From NCBI GenBank assembly GCA_020881195.1, contig JAJIYL010000008.1, forward strand, positions 4,053 to 68,052: a stretch of 64,000 bases of DNA. The letters run 5' to 3'. Below the pieces are notes generated by a model. That model did not search any database. It was not told the origin of the DNA and saw nothing but the letters and a program-made list of their open reading frames with translations. Position numbers and translations under genes: made by a program. The stretch comes from Rickettsia endosymbiont of Pseudomimeciton antennatum (lineage in GTDB: Bacteria; Pseudomonadota; Alphaproteobacteria; Rickettsiales; Rickettsiaceae). Each line of letters opens with the position of its first letter. The stretch's first letter is position 1. Positions 18,744 through 29,503 of this stretch are shown in pieces.

Positions 18744-20453
18744 ATGAGTAATAATATATCTTTATTAGGATTGTTAAAAAATACTCTAACTAAAATAAAG
18801 AAAAATTTTGCTAATATTATTTTATGGGATATTTGTGCTGACAATACTAAAATCAGACTATTCATAGTTAGCTTTTGTTTTGCTGTGTTTTTTTGTGGAT
18901 TATCATACCGCTTAATAATTGTTGCCACTAATGGTTATGTTAAGCCAGAATATCAAGTAAAGAATAGTAACTTTAGAAAAGAAATAGTAGATCGTAATGG
19001 TAATTTGTTAGCAGTTAACTTACCCTCTTCCTCATTATTTGTCAATCCACAGAAAGTAATCAATCCAGAGCAATGTTTAGAAAAATTGTCTAAAATTTTG
19101 CCTGAGATTGATAAAACGAAATTACTTGCAGAGCTAAAAAGTAACAAAAGCTTCGTGTGGGTAAAAAGGGATTTATTACCAAAAGAGCAAGAGGCAATAT
19201 TAAATTTGGCAATGCCAGGTTTTAGTTTTGAACAAGAACAAAAGAGAATCTATACTTTTTCCAATTTATTATCACATGTTATAGGATATGTGGGGAGGGA
19301 TTTGGTTGGTCTTGCTGGGCTAGAAAGGAGTTATGACAAGTTTTTAACTAATTCGGATTCTGACTTAGCACAACCAGATCAGCTTAAAAAACCACTTGAA
19401 CTATCTATAGACGTAAGATTACAGAATATCCTAAATGAAGAAATAGATAAGACATCAAAGGAATTTAGTGCAATAGGGGCGGTAGGGATAATTGTCAATC
19501 CTAATAATGGTGAGATTTTAGCTATGGTTAGTAAGCCTGATTTTAATCCACATTACCCAAGTAGTGCAAAGCCAGAAGAGTTGTTTAATATGGCAAGTCT
19601 TGGTATTTATGAGATGGGTTCGGTATTTAAAACCTTAACTATGGCAGTAGGTTTTGATACTGATGCTATAGCAATGAACGATGCTTATGATATTAGCTAT
19701 ATGAAGGTAGGGAGCTTTAATATAAAAGATTATCACCCAAGGCATGGGTGGCATAGTGTTCCAGAAATTTTTCTGCATTCATCAAATATTGGTGTTAGCC
19801 AAATTATGTTAGAAATTGGTAAAAATGATTTCAAAAAATACTTAAAGAAATTAGGATTACTAGACCAGCTTAAAATTGAGTTACCAGAGAGAGGTACCCC
19901 TTTGTTTCCACCTGATAAGAGATGGAGTGATTTGACTAGTGTTGTCATGTCATATGGTTATGGTATTTCAATTAGTCCTTTACATTTTATTCAAGCAGTA
20001 TTGCCAGTAGTGAATGGTGGGACATTATATGATTTGACTCTAATTAAAAGGCAAGATGAGCGTCTTGCTGGTACACGTATTTTTAGTGAAAAAACCTCTA
20101 AACAAATGAGTGAATTATTTCGTTTTGTGGTAAAAGAGGGGACAGGGCGTAGAGCTGATGTGAAAGGATATCTTGTTGGTGGAAAGACTGGTACCGCTGA
20201 AAAGTTAACTGCCGATGGGCATGGCAAAAGAAGATATCTTAAGAATAGCAGAATGTCGTCATTCTTAGGTTTATTACCATCCTCTAATCCGCAATATGTT
20301 ATTTTTATAATGTTTGATGAACCTAAAGGAACCAAGGAATCATTTGGCTTTGCTACTGCCGGCTGGACTGCAGCTCCTACCGTTGGGAGAGTTCTTGAGC
20401 GAATGGTATCACTATATGGAATAGAGCCAGTAGAAAAAGGCGAAGAATTGTGA
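18744..20453 (+). CDS. ftsI: Division transpeptidase FtsI (PBP3)
   Basis: EIVDRNG; GSVFK (SxxK), SSN and GKTGT motifs; dcw position. Confidence 0.92.
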   Translation: MSNNISLLGLLKNTLTKIKKNFANIILWDICADNTKIRLFIVSFCFAVFFCGLSYRLIIVATNGYVKPEYQVKNSNFRKEIVDRNGNLLAVNLPSSSLFVNPQKVINPEQCLEKLSKILPEIDKTKLLAELKSNKSFVWVKRDLLPKEQEAILNLAMPGFSFEQEQKRIYTFSNLLSHVIGYVGRDLVGLAGLERSYDKFLTNSDSDLAQPDQLKKPLELSIDVRLQNILNEEIDKTSKEFSAIGAVGIIVNPNNGEILAMVSKPDFNPHYPSSAKPEELFNMASLGIYEMGSVFKTLTMAVGFDTDAIAMNDAYDISYMKVGSFNIKDYHPRHGWHSVPEIFLHSSNIGVSQIMLEIGKNDFKKYLKKLGLLDQLKIELPERGTPLFPPDKRWSDLTSVVMSYGYGISISPLHFIQAVLPVVNGGTLYDLTLIKRQDERLAGTRIFSEKTSKQMSELFRFVVKEGTGRRADVKGYLVGGKTGTAEKLTADGHGKRRYLKNSRMSSFLGLLPSSNPQYVIFIMFDEPKGTKESFGFATAGWTAAPTVGRVLERMVSLYGIEPVEKGEEL

Positions 20454-23174
20454 TTATTGACAAATAGTATGCATATTTATCCAATTATCTCCTATTTTGG
20501 TTTCGACAATAAGTGGAACTGTTAATTTATGTGAGTTTTCCATAGTAGTTTTAATTAGTTGCGTTGCTAGTTCTAGCTCATCAATGGGGGACTCAAAAAG
20601 TAACTCGTCATGGATTTGCAAAATCAGCTTAGTTTTCAATTTTAGTTGTTGCATCTTACGGTCAAGATCAATCATTGCTATTTTTATTATGTCGGCACTA
20701 GTTCCTTGAATTGGAGCGTTGATTGCTGCCATTTCGGCAAATTGCTGTAAGGATGGTTTTTTATCATAGATTAAAGGAATAAAGCATTTTCGTCCGAAGA
20801 GATTCAAGACATAACCATGTTCCTTGGCGTAGTTTTTTGTATATTCCATATATCTTTGAATTTCCGGGTATTCTTCAAAATATTTTTTTATATATTCAGC
20901 TGCTTGTGAAGAGCTAATATGTAACTGTTTTGCTAGTCCAAAAGCACTAATACCGTAGATAATACCAAAATTTATGGCTTTTGCTTTACGTCGATGTTCA
21001 GATGTTAAATCCTCTTTGGTAATTTTAAATATATTACAAGCCGTTTTACTATGGATATCCTCACCATTGACAAAAGCTTGTTTTAATGAGGGGATATCTG
21101 CCATGCTACTTAAGATTCGTAGTTCAATTTGTGAATAGTCAGCCGAAATTAATTTGTGCTTATCTTCGGCAATAAAAGCTTCTCTGATTTTATTACCTTC
21201 TTTTGAACGAATTGGTACATTTTGTAAGTTAGGGTCTTGAGAGCTAAGCCTACCAGTACTAGTTGAAGTTTGTAAAAACGTTGTATGCACCCTATCAGTT
21301 ATCGGATTTACTTGCATAGGTAAGCTATCTGTATAGGTATTTTTTAATTTAGTTAATTGACGCCATTTTAGCAATAAATTAGCAATATCAAAGCCACTCT
21401 CGCTAATTTTTTCAAGAATTTCTGCACTAGTAGAATATGACTTAGCTTTTGATGACAATTTACCAAAGGGTAATTGCATTTTTTCAAACAAAATCTCTCC
21501 AAGCTGCTTTGGTGAGGCGATGTTAAACTTTGTACCAGTAATGGCAAAAATTTTCTGTTCTAATTGACTAATCTCATTACCAAACTCATCCGACAGCTGT
21601 TTAAGATATGGTGAGTCGATCTTAACCCCGACTTTCTCCATTTTATCTATTATATAACATAAAGGTAAATCAATTTCTCGATATAGTGTTAAGGCATGAT
21701 TCTCTTTTAGTTCTAACAATAGTTTTTGGTAATTAGTACTAAAGTCAGTAACTATTTCTGCTATATTTTCTAAACTAGACCTTTCCGGAAACTCTACTTC
21801 TGCTGGTAATTTGGACAATGATGCGGTACTCGAATCCTCACGTACATTAGAGTACGCTGCGGTTCGAGGTGAAGCGTCTCCTTCAAATCCCTCAGCATAA
21901 GCGAGTTTCCGAAGAGGTCTACTATCCTTTTGTACTCCATCAAATGGATTTTTCTGAGGCTTGCCAGCAGATATCAAATATTGCATTAGTTCAAGATCCT
22001 CACACGATGATATTTCACTATCAACAAAGAATTTTAATAATGATTTAAGTTTATAAGTGATCTTCTTAATAGACTTATTTTTTAGCAATTGGAGGATACC
22101 AGACATATTTCCAGAGTTGTAGCATTTACCATCAATCGATAAAATCATAGAAGGAGTTTGTCCAGGATAATCTGACAAATGAATATTGACAATCCCAAAT
22201 TCTTTTGCCTTGATTAGCATAGTATCAAGCTGTTGTTGAGAAGAAACTTCTTGAATTATAATTTGCTTAGTAGGTAAAGATTCATTGGTAATTTGTATTT
22301 GGAATAAGCTCTCCACTCTTTTATTTAGAGATTTAAAACCATATTCTACCAGAAAATCAGAGATTTGCTTGCTATCAGGCTGGGCATATTGCAATAAACT
22401 AAAGTTTAAATCAATATCAACATTATAATCTAAAGTAAATAATTGCCAGGAAATTAATGCCATATCCTTTGAGGAGCGGATTATTTCCCTTTGACGATCA
22501 TTAGTGATTTGATCGAGTGAATTTAACAGCTCTGCTAATGAACCAAATTGTTTAATAAGTGTTGCAGCAGTTTTGGGACCAATGCTTGGAACGCCTGGTA
22601 TATTATCTGATTTATCACCAATCAATGCCATTACTTCCCTGATGTTACTTGGTTCTACACCAAATTTCTCTATCACGTCATCTTCGGAGATGTATCTTGC
22701 TCTTATTGGGTCATACATTTTAGTATGTGAGTTAATTAATTGCATTAAATCTTTATCAGAAGAAATAATGATAGTATTTTGTTGTAATGCAGAGGCCTTA
22801 TAGGCTAAAGTTGCGATTATATCATCTGCTTCATAGCCAGCTCTCTCAATTATCGGAAAATTTAGGCTACTGGCTGCAAGACGAATAAGTGGTAATTGAC
22901 CCTTTAAATCTTCCGGTATAGGGGGTCTATTTGCCTTATATTGGTCATAAATTTGATGACGAAAATTCTTTCCCCCGGAATCAAAAACTACAACAGCATG
23001 TTCTGGCTTAAAATCGTTCAATATCTTTAACAACATGGAAGTAAAACCATAAAGTGCTCCAACAGCTAAGCCATTTGGAGAAGTTAATGGTGGTTGAACA
23101 TGGTATGCTCTAAAGACAAAACCATAGCCATCAATTATTATTAAAGTATTTTTGTTAGTTGTCTCGTTAGTCAT
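20454..23174 (-). CDS. polA: DNA polymerase I with in-frame RPE1-like insert
   Basis: [41 protein letters not shown] and QIHDELLFE; the ORF-track start at 23216 lies inside a repeat, so 23174 is preferred. Confidence 0.97.
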   Translation of the reverse strand: MTNETTNKNTLIIIDGYGFVFRAYHVQPPLTSPNGLAVGALYGFTSMLLKILNDFKPEHAVVVFDSGGKNFRHQIYDQYKANRPPIPEDLKGQLPLIRLAASSLNFPIIERAGYEADDIIATLAYKASALQQNTIIISSDKDLMQLINSHTKMYDPIRARYISEDDVIEKFGVEPSNIREVMALIGDKSDNIPGVPSIGPKTAATLIKQFGSLAELLNSLDQITNDRQREIIRSSKDMALISWQLFTLDYNVDIDLNFSLLQYAQPDSKQISDFLVEYGFKSLNKRVESLFQIQITNESLPTKQIIIQEVSSQQQLDTMLIKAKEFGIVNIHLSDYPGQTPSMILSIDGKCYNSGNMSGILQLLKNKSIKKITYKLKSLLKFFVDSEISSCEDLELMQYLISAGKPQKNPFDGVQKDSRPLRKLAYAEGFEGDASPRTAAYSNVREDSSTASLSKLPAEVEFPERSSLENIAEIVTDFSTNYQKLLLELKENHALTLYREIDLPLCYIIDKMEKVGVKIDSPYLKQLSDEFGNEISQLEQKIFAITGTKFNIASPKQLGEILFEKMQLPFGKLSSKAKSYSTSAEILEKISESGFDIANLLLKWRQLTKLKNTYTDSLPMQVNPITDRVHTTFLQTSTSTGRLSSQDPNLQNVPIRSKEGNKIREAFIAEDKHKLISADYSQIELRILSSMADIPSLKQAFVNGEDIHSKTACNIFKITKEDLTSEHRRKAKAINFGIIYGISAFGLAKQLHISSSQAAEYIKKYFEEYPEIQRYMEYTKNYAKEHGYVLNLFGRKCFIPLIYDKKPSLQQFAEMAAINAPIQGTSADIIKIAMIDLDRKMQQLKLKTKLILQIHDELLFESPIDELELATQLIKTTMENSHKLTVPLIVETKIGDNWINMHTICQ
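21776..21921 (-). repeat. RPE1-like element (family A) in polA, 146 bp
   Basis: TAGACC...GGTCTA ends; encodes [48 protein letters not shown]. Confidence 0.93.
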
Positions 23175-23202
23175 TTTGTTATTAGGACAAATTATTATAT
23201 AA

Positions 23203-23348
23203 TAGACTTCCTGCATAAGTCAAAAATAGTTGAGGGATTTTTAGGAGAAACGAAGCCGAGCACCGTAGCGTACATAGACGTACGTGAGGAGCGGAGGCAA
23301 GTTTCGACGACAAAATCACCAACTAGATTGAGTTATGCAGGAAGTCTA
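23203..23348 (+). repeat. RPE family B element, 146 bp, upstream of polA
   Basis: TAGACTTCCTGCATAAGTC...TTATGCAGGAAGTCTA; near-identical to 27448-27593. Confidence 0.93.
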
Positions 23349-23414
23349 ATGTAGTATACAACAATTATAATGTACACTAAGCGTTATTAGTAATATTTTA
23401 TAAAAATATTATAT

Positions 23415-24695
23415 TTAAGCTGAAACAGTTTCTTCCACAAGTTCGTTGATTGATATTTGAGTTTTTGACTTTTTAAACAAATACCAAAGACCGATGATCC
23501 CGATAAGACAACAAATTGGGATTACAGAAATTGTCACAATAAAATTGTAACGACTATAGATAGGTATACCAGATTCGCTTAGTAAGCCATCCCAATTATA
23601 AGAAATTAAATAACCCATAATTGTGTGAAAGAAATGACCAAAGGACATGTTAATACAATTGACTATCGCAATAGCAAGTCCAACAGATTTCTCCGCAACA
23701 AGGTTACCGACAATGGTAAAAATTAGTACTTGATAACAACAAAAGATTCCTAATAAAAACATTAGAGAACTGGTAACAAAGAAATTTAACGAAGGAAAAG
23801 ATAATAGAATGATAAAAATTGTTATCATTACTAATCCCGTCATGGTTATTACAAAATTAGATGATTTTACTAAATTAGCAATGAGTGCGAGTATTGGTCC
23901 ACCAAAACACATACCTATATAAACGAATGAGGTAACCAAATTACTGTCCATATCATTCATTTGATAAACTTGTTTGAAGAATGGAATAGCCCATAGATCA
24001 GCAAAACCTTCCAATGCTCCTACCATTAAACCATCAAACAATCCAATTAATAAGATTGTGGGATTTAATAGTAGTTTCAATATTGAAGATTTGGAGTCTG
24101 GAACAATATGTGAGTCACTGCTTGTAGCATCATTTTTTATTACTAAAATAATTAGTCCAATAATAAATCCAACTAGAGCTAAACTACAAAAAGTTACGTC
24201 ATAACCAAAATGGGTAAATAATAGTTTCATTGGACTAATAGCAAATACTGCTCCAACTAAGCCAAAGGTAAAAGAAAATCCCAATATTAGAGAATGATAC
24301 TTAGCTGGAAAATAAGTCCTAGTAATTTTATTTACTGATAAAAAACCAACAGCAGAACCAGCTCCAATCATCAATCTTCCAATGATTAAGTAATTAAAAT
24401 TTGAGCTTGCAGCAAAAGTTAAAGTGCCAAGAGAGGTAACTAAGATAGATATAAATGCAACAATCCTAAAGTTAAATCTATCTAGCATTATACCTATTGG
24501 TATTTGCATACCGGCATAACCTAAATAATAATATCCAGCAAGTGCACCAAATGCTATAGTATCAATGGCAAATTTTTGTATAATTTCTTCTCTAAGAATT
24601 CCAGTCGAAAGTCTTAATATAAATTGAAATGCAAAAAATAAGCTGGCAAGGAACCATAGTATAAGTGGTTTTTTCAAGGATAAAGCTTTGTGCAT
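23415..24695 (-). CDS. MFS transporter
   Basis: 12-TM pattern; YAGMQIPIGIMLDRF. Confidence 0.88.
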   Translation of the reverse strand: MHKALSLKKPLILWFLASLFFAFQFILRLSTGILREEIIQKFAIDTIAFGALAGYYYLGYAGMQIPIGIMLDRFNFRIVAFISILVTSLGTLTFAASSNFNYLIIGRLMIGAGSAVGFLSVNKITRTYFPAKYHSLILGFSFTFGLVGAVFAISPMKLLFTHFGYDVTFCSLALVGFIIGLIILVIKNDATSSDSHIVPDSKSSILKLLLNPTILLIGLFDGLMVGALEGFADLWAIPFFKQVYQMNDMDSNLVTSFVYIGMCFGGPILALIANLVKSSNFVITMTGLVMITIFIILLSFPSLNFFVTSSLMFLLGIFCCYQVLIFTIVGNLVAEKSVGLAIAIVNCINMSFGHFFHTIMGYLISYNWDGLLSESGIPIYSRYNFIVTISVIPICCLIGIIGLWYLFKKSKTQISINELVEETVSA

Positions 24696-24764
24696 AGGAA
24701 TTTAAATTATAATATGTTGTATTCTATAGCTAACCTGATTAGTATTTAGCCATAATAAACTGAG

Positions 24765-24835
24765 GTCTATTAGCGAGGAAGTCTAATCACTTTTTGGATT
24801 GCTTCGTCGTACTCATGCACTCTTCGCTAATAGAC
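24765..24835. repeat. Family D repeat (internally shortened)
   Basis: GTCTATTAGCGAGG...GGATTGC...CGCTAATAGAC. Confidence 0.8.
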
Positions 24836-24922
24836 GCAGTAATGTTAGTCTGGTTAGATATAAGGTGATGAGTTATAGTATAGGATAGTATTTTGTCAAA
24901 CCTTTATAGACTAGTTTGAATT

Positions 24923-25348
24923 ATGGATCAGTTTGAAGCATATTCGCTATTATTTACTGATAGTTTAGTAGGTAATTTAGTTATAAGTTTAGATAGTGAA
25001 CTAATTGTTCATTCTATGAAAATGTTTGGTGTTTATAATAATTTAATAATACTTATAGTAGCAACTATTGCTTCATTAGTTGCTACTAGTATAAATTATT
25101 TTTTTGGTATAATGTTATTAAGAATTTTTTATCTTGTTAAAAATGCACAGATTCATACTAATCAGCAATTATTATCTCAATTTTTTTTAAAATATAACAT
25201 ATTTATATTATGGTTTATGCTGATACCATTGTGGGGAAAGTTTATTCCTTTAATTGCCGGTTTTACTAAAACAAATTTTATAAGGGTTTTAGCTATTAGT
25301 GCGGTTATTAAATTATGCTATTATACCTATAGCATATATATAATCTAA
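24923..25348 (+). CDS. YqaA/DedA(VTT)-like membrane protein
   Basis: IVATIASLVATSINYFFG and IPLWGKFIPLIAGF. Confidence 0.7.
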   Translation: MDQFEAYSLLFTDSLVGNLVISLDSELIVHSMKMFGVYNNLIILIVATIASLVATSINYFFGIMLLRIFYLVKNAQIHTNQQLLSQFFLKYNIFILWFMLIPLWGKFIPLIAGFTKTNFIRVLAISAVIKLCYYTYSIYII

Positions 25349-25361
25349 CTAGTACGAATTA

Positions 25362-28300
25362 ATGAACCTCTATAGAGTTAACCCATCTTCATCGTTTTTA
25401 GATATATTAGCTGATTTTATTTTAGATAATTTCAGTGAGAAGAATTCTATTAGCAATCTTAAGGTTATATTGCCGAGTGGTATTGCTTGTTGGAATTTAC
25501 AAAATATTTTGACTAACAAACAGAATATTGCGATTTTGCCCAATATTATTCCTTTGTCTAATATTATGGCTGAAGGTGAAGATATTTTTGCTATTGCATC
25601 AGAAAATTTACAGCCTATAACGTTTTTGCAAGAAAGAATTATCCTAGCTGAAATCATTCATAATTACCGTGAGTTACAATTTAGCATAACACAATCTTTA
25701 CAATTTTGTTCAACAATAGCCGAAGTTTTTTATCAGCTAGCTTGTAATAATTTATCGATAGATTCTGTAAACGAAATAGAAAAAATATACTCAAATGATT
25801 TGAGTATAAATCCATCGCAACATTGGAATGTTATTTATCAATTTCTTCAACACACTTATTCTGAATGGCAAAAAAAGATAAAATTGTTAGGGAAGCTAGA
25901 TCGAGTAAATTATCAGATAACTATGATGGAAGCAGAGATAGCAAGGCTGAAAAGAACTGGTACTAGTTTAATAGTAGCCGGTATAGTAGGGCATAATCCC
26001 GTATTGTGGAAGTTCTTGCAAAATGTGGCTAGTTCACCAGGTGGCTTTATAATTTTACCGCCTATTAGTAATTTATCAGATTCTATTGATAATCCTGAAG
26101 AAGATTGCTTATATAACTTTAAAAAGTTACTGACAGTTCTAGATAAAAATTTATCAGATTTTCATCCTCTAGGCAATCACCAGTCAGAGTACTTGATTTT
26201 TGATAAGATAATTTTTGATGATATAGCTAACCTGACTAACATTACGTCAAATTCACAAACGTCATTGCGAGGAGCTACTTTAGTAGCATTGATGCAATCC
26301 AGGAAAGTGGATGGAAATGGATTGCTTCGTCGGCTCACGCCTCCTCGCAATGACACCAGTTTGCCTGTAGATCATATAAAATATTTTGAGCTTGAAGATA
26401 TTTTTCAAGAGGCAGAGCAAATAAGCCTGATTTGCCAACAATATAGTGATAAAAAAATAGCTATTATTGTTAATAATCAAACAACCAAGAATTTTTATTG
26501 TAATTTCTTGACCAAATATTCTTTAGAATTTCAAGATTTACTAGGTGATAATTTATCAGAAACCCTAATTAGTTCTCTAATTATTGCCGTTAGTGAAATA
26601 TTATGTAATGATTTTGATATAAAAAAGTTATTTGTACTATTAAAGAATCCTTTGATTAATCATAAATTAGTTCAAAGATTAGAACTATTAATGAGCGGTA
26701 AAAATCGTTTCATCAGGCAATCTGATCAAATGCTGGCTATAGTAGAAAAAACCAATGATAGTGTATTAATAGAATGGTGTAAGAAACTAATAGATTTACT
26801 TTATACCAGTAGAGGTAATAGTTTTGCTAAAATATTAAGATATTCAATTAATATTGCTGAAAAACTTTATCGAGATATCTGGCATGAACAGCCAGCTGCT
26901 GAATTATCAAATTTTTTATTGGAGTTGATAAAAACTAATTGCAATTTAACATTAGATAATAAAAAAGATTTTCCAAGGTTGTTGAAGGGTTTAATGTTTA
27001 ATTGTAAGTATTTTACCCATCATAATTATTCTAAAAATATCATTATTGGTAAAGCTGAAGATTTAATGCTACTTAAATTTGATCTAGTAATTTTAACCGA
27101 CTTTAATCAAGGATGTTGGTCATCACCATCATCTATTAGTCAATGGATTAACGAGCAAACACTAAAAAAACTACATATAGTTCTTAAATCTTCCATAGAT
27201 CAATATTATTTTTATTTATTTTTGCATAATGCACAAGTGATAATTACCAGAGCAAAAAGACAAGATGGTAAATCTGGTTTATTACCATCGAATTTATTAC
27301 TAAAATTGCAATTTATTTTACAACAAAGTTTGATTTCAGAAAATTATTTAACATATTTATCAGAAAGTGACTTAGTGGATGTACAAAATAATGTTAATAT
27401 TAATATGGTTGAGTCAATTAATCATAATAGTCATGTGTATAGTCCAATAGACTTCCTGCATAAGTCAAAAATAGTTGAGGGATTTTTAGGAGAAACGAAG
27501 CCGAGTACCGCAGCGTACATAGACGTACGTGAGGAGCGGAGGCGAGTTTCGACGACAAAATCACCAACTAGATTGACTTATGCAGGAAGTATAGTTTTTC
27601 CCGAGATAATATCGGTGACTGATATAGAAATGTTAGTACGTAATCCTTATAGTTTCTATGCTAAGAAGATTTTAAATGTGAGAAGCAGAGATCAAATAGG
27701 GCAGGAGCCTAAAATATCCGAATTTGGTAGTTTTGTTCATAAGGTTTTAGAGCAATATTCTAAAAACTATAATAAGTTAGAAAATAACAAAGTTGGCTTA
27801 ATATTGGATATTAGTAATAATCTGTTACAAGATATTATCTTGCCAACCTATACACAAGAAATTTGGCAAATAAAGTTTATTCCTATTGCAGAGTCTTTTA
27901 TTGAGTTTGATGAACAACGTAGAAATGGTTGTAAATATATTTATTCTGAAAGTAGAGGAGAAATTTCATTAAATATTGGCAGGCAAAAATTAACAATAAT
28001 TGGAGTGGCTGATAGAATTGAGATAGATGAGTTTGGGGCAGCTATCATTATTGATTATAAAACTGGTAGCTTACCTAGTAAGAAAGATGTAGAGAGTGGA
28101 TTATCTCCGCAACTAATAATTGAAGGATTAATGTTACAAGAGGGTGGTTTTGGCATAGAAGTTAATAACGTAAAACAGATTACTTACATAAAAATTTCTA
28201 GTTCGAAACCAATAATCCAAACTTTAGAGATAGATCTCACTAGAGAGGAATTGGCTCGTCATAAACAGGGGATGATACGGTTATTGGAATATTATATAAC

Positions 28301-28376
28301 GGATAAAAGCTTTTCATATGATATTGATTTACTAAAACATGATGACTATGTACATTTGGCTAGGAGAGACGAGTGA
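25362..28376 (+). CDS. addB: AddB-like double-strand break repair protein (inactive helicase plus PD-(D/E)XK nuclease) with three repeat insertions
   Basis: C-terminal ISVTDIEMLVRNPYSFYA, GSFVH, GVADRIE and IIDYKTG. Confidence 0.85.
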   Translation: MNLYRVNPSSSFLDILADFILDNFSEKNSISNLKVILPSGIACWNLQNILTNKQNIAILPNIIPLSNIMAEGEDIFAIASENLQPITFLQERIILAEIIHNYRELQFSITQSLQFCSTIAEVFYQLACNNLSIDSVNEIEKIYSNDLSINPSQHWNVIYQFLQHTYSEWQKKIKLLGKLDRVNYQITMMEAEIARLKRTGTSLIVAGIVGHNPVLWKFLQNVASSPGGFIILPPISNLSDSIDNPEEDCLYNFKKLLTVLDKNLSDFHPLGNHQSEYLIFDKIIFDDIANLTNITSNSQTSLRGATLVALMQSRKVDGNGLLRRLTPPRNDTSLPVDHIKYFELEDIFQEAEQISLICQQYSDKKIAIIVNNQTTKNFYCNFLTKYSLEFQDLLGDNLSETLISSLIIAVSEILCNDFDIKKLFVLLKNPLINHKLVQRLELLMSGKNRFIRQSDQMLAIVEKTNDSVLIEWCKKLIDLLYTSRGNSFAKILRYSINIAEKLYRDIWHEQPAAELSNFLLELIKTNCNLTLDNKKDFPRLLKGLMFNCKYFTHHNYSKNIIIGKAEDLMLLKFDLVILTDFNQGCWSSPSSISQWINEQTLKKLHIVLKSSIDQYYFYLFLHNAQVIITRAKRQDGKSGLLPSNLLLKLQFILQQSLISENYLTYLSESDLVDVQNNVNINMVESINHNSHVYSPIDFLHKSKIVEGFLGETKPSTAAYIDVREERRRVSTTKSPTRLTYAGSIVFPEIISVTDIEMLVRNPYSFYAKKILNVRSRDQIGQEPKISEFGSFVHKVLEQYSKNYNKLENNKVGLILDISNNLLQDIILPTYTQEIWQIKFIPIAESFIEFDEQRRNGCKYIYSESRGEISLNIGRQKLTIIGVADRIEIDEFGAAIIIDYKTGSLPSKKDVESGLSPQLIIEGLMLQEGGFGIEVNNVKQITYIKISSSKPIIQTLEIDLTREELARHKQGMIRLLEYYITDKSFSYDIDLLKHDDYVHLARRDE
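25786..25808. repeat. Collapsed 23-bp RPE3 palindrome in addB
   Basis: TATACTCAAATGATTTGAGTATA = left end plus right end of RPE3. Confidence 0.8.
26260..26354 (+). repeat. Family D repeat in-frame in addB
   Basis: CGTCATTGCGAGG...CCTCGCAATGAC; encodes SLRGATLVALMQSRKVDGNGLLRRLTPPRND. Confidence 0.9.
27448..27593 (+). repeat. RPE family B element in-frame in addB, 146 bp
   Basis: Encodes [49 protein letters not shown]. Confidence 0.93.
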
Positions 28377-28504
28377 TATACTCTTCTGCTTTGAAGAATT
28401 GGTTTCGTAAAACTGCGGGGAATTCGCATGCTCACGTACTAGCTGTACGCTCCGCTCACTCACCCCTTGTTTTACGCTCCAATTCTCCAAATCATTTGAG
28501 TATA
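28377..28504 (-). repeat. RPE3-like element (family C), 128 bp, starting right after the addB stop
   Basis: Reverse complement of 17225-17352 with few changes. Confidence 0.93.
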
Positions 28505-28505
28505 G

Positions 28506-28520
28506 TATACTCAGAGTATA
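28506..28520. repeat. Minimal 15-bp RPE3 terminal palindrome
   Basis: TATACTCAGAGTATA. Confidence 0.65.
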
Positions 28521-28543
28521 TATAGGTAATGGTAGAACTAAAC

Positions 28544-29404
28544 TTACCGTCCCTTATCTCTATTAGAGTGTTGTATGTTAGAAGGGGTGGTATCGGGTTT
28601 TATAGTGTTGCCTACAGATATATCGTCTTTCTTAAGAACTTTTATTAGACGGTGATATAGTTTAGAACCAGCTGTTTCTGTGCTGTGAAATTTGCTTAAT
28701 ATTTTTTCTAATGCAGTCTTACTGTTCTGTAACCCATCAGTTTTATTTGCTTTATCAATAGCTTGAATTGTTCCAACACCATTTTGAATAAAAGCCTCTT
28801 TTTGTTCCTCAGGTGATTTAACAAATGATTCAATATATTTCCTAAGCCCTGCCCCTAAATTTTTAATAGTTATAGCATGCTCTGGATGGATAATATGCTT
28901 TAGATCAGCTGGTGAGGATTGCAATTTTGAATATATTTTGTTTGTACCAGCCCCTATAGTTGCAATAGTTTCAATTTGTTTCGTTTTTTCCTGCAAAGAA
29001 TTATGTGGTAATCTATCTATCAACACATCCATTTGTTTAGCTTGCTGACCAAATTTATCTAAATGAGGTTGTCCTTGAGCATATTCAGCAGCATATCCTT
29101 TAGCAAGTTCACCATGAGCATTTAGAGTGGTACCAATATTACCTTTAAACTCACCAAAATTTTGTCCAGTATCTTTTTCAGTTGGTGAAAGTACATTTGT
29201 GGTACCATCATCCAGCGATACCTGTATCTTTGCTTCTTGCTCTATGCCCATCTTTTCTATAGCTTCGGTAAGTTCAGGATTATATCTTGAATCAAAGCTA
29301 AAGTTGAGCATGCTTTTTAAGCGATTTACTTCCTCTACGAATTCTTCCTTTGGTTCACCAACAACATCAGCTATCTCTGATTTAAACTTTTCTAATTCTA
29401 ACAT
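28544..29404 (-). CDS. Hypothetical soluble protein, candidate secreted effector
   Basis: 286-aa ORF ending IKPDTTPSNIQHSNRDKGR. Confidence 0.6.
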   Translation of the reverse strand: MLELEKFKSEIADVVGEPKEEFVEEVNRLKSMLNFSFDSRYNPELTEAIEKMGIEQEAKIQVSLDDGTTNVLSPTEKDTGQNFGEFKGNIGTTLNAHGELAKGYAAEYAQGQPHLDKFGQQAKQMDVLIDRLPHNSLQEKTKQIETIATIGAGTNKIYSKLQSSPADLKHIIHPEHAITIKNLGAGLRKYIESFVKSPEEQKEAFIQNGVGTIQAIDKANKTDGLQNSKTALEKILSKFHSTETAGSKLYHRLIKVLKKDDISVGNTIKPDTTPSNIQHSNRDKGR

Positions 29405-29442
29405 AAAAATATCTTTAATTAATGTTGTTTAGCTTGAGTAAT

Positions 29443-29480
29443 GGATTGCCACGACCTACTTGCGTGGTCTCGCAATGACG
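29443..29480. repeat. Right half of a family D repeat
   Basis: GGATTGCCACGACCTACTTGCGTGGTCTCGCAATGACG. Confidence 0.8.
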
Positions 29481-29503
29481 CTTATGTATGGTACTATATA
29501 TTT

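Noticed and set aside
23175-23216. Extra N-terminal MQEVY... of polA
   Set aside because: The ATG lies in the terminal repeat of an RPE; MTNET at 23174 is the more plausible start
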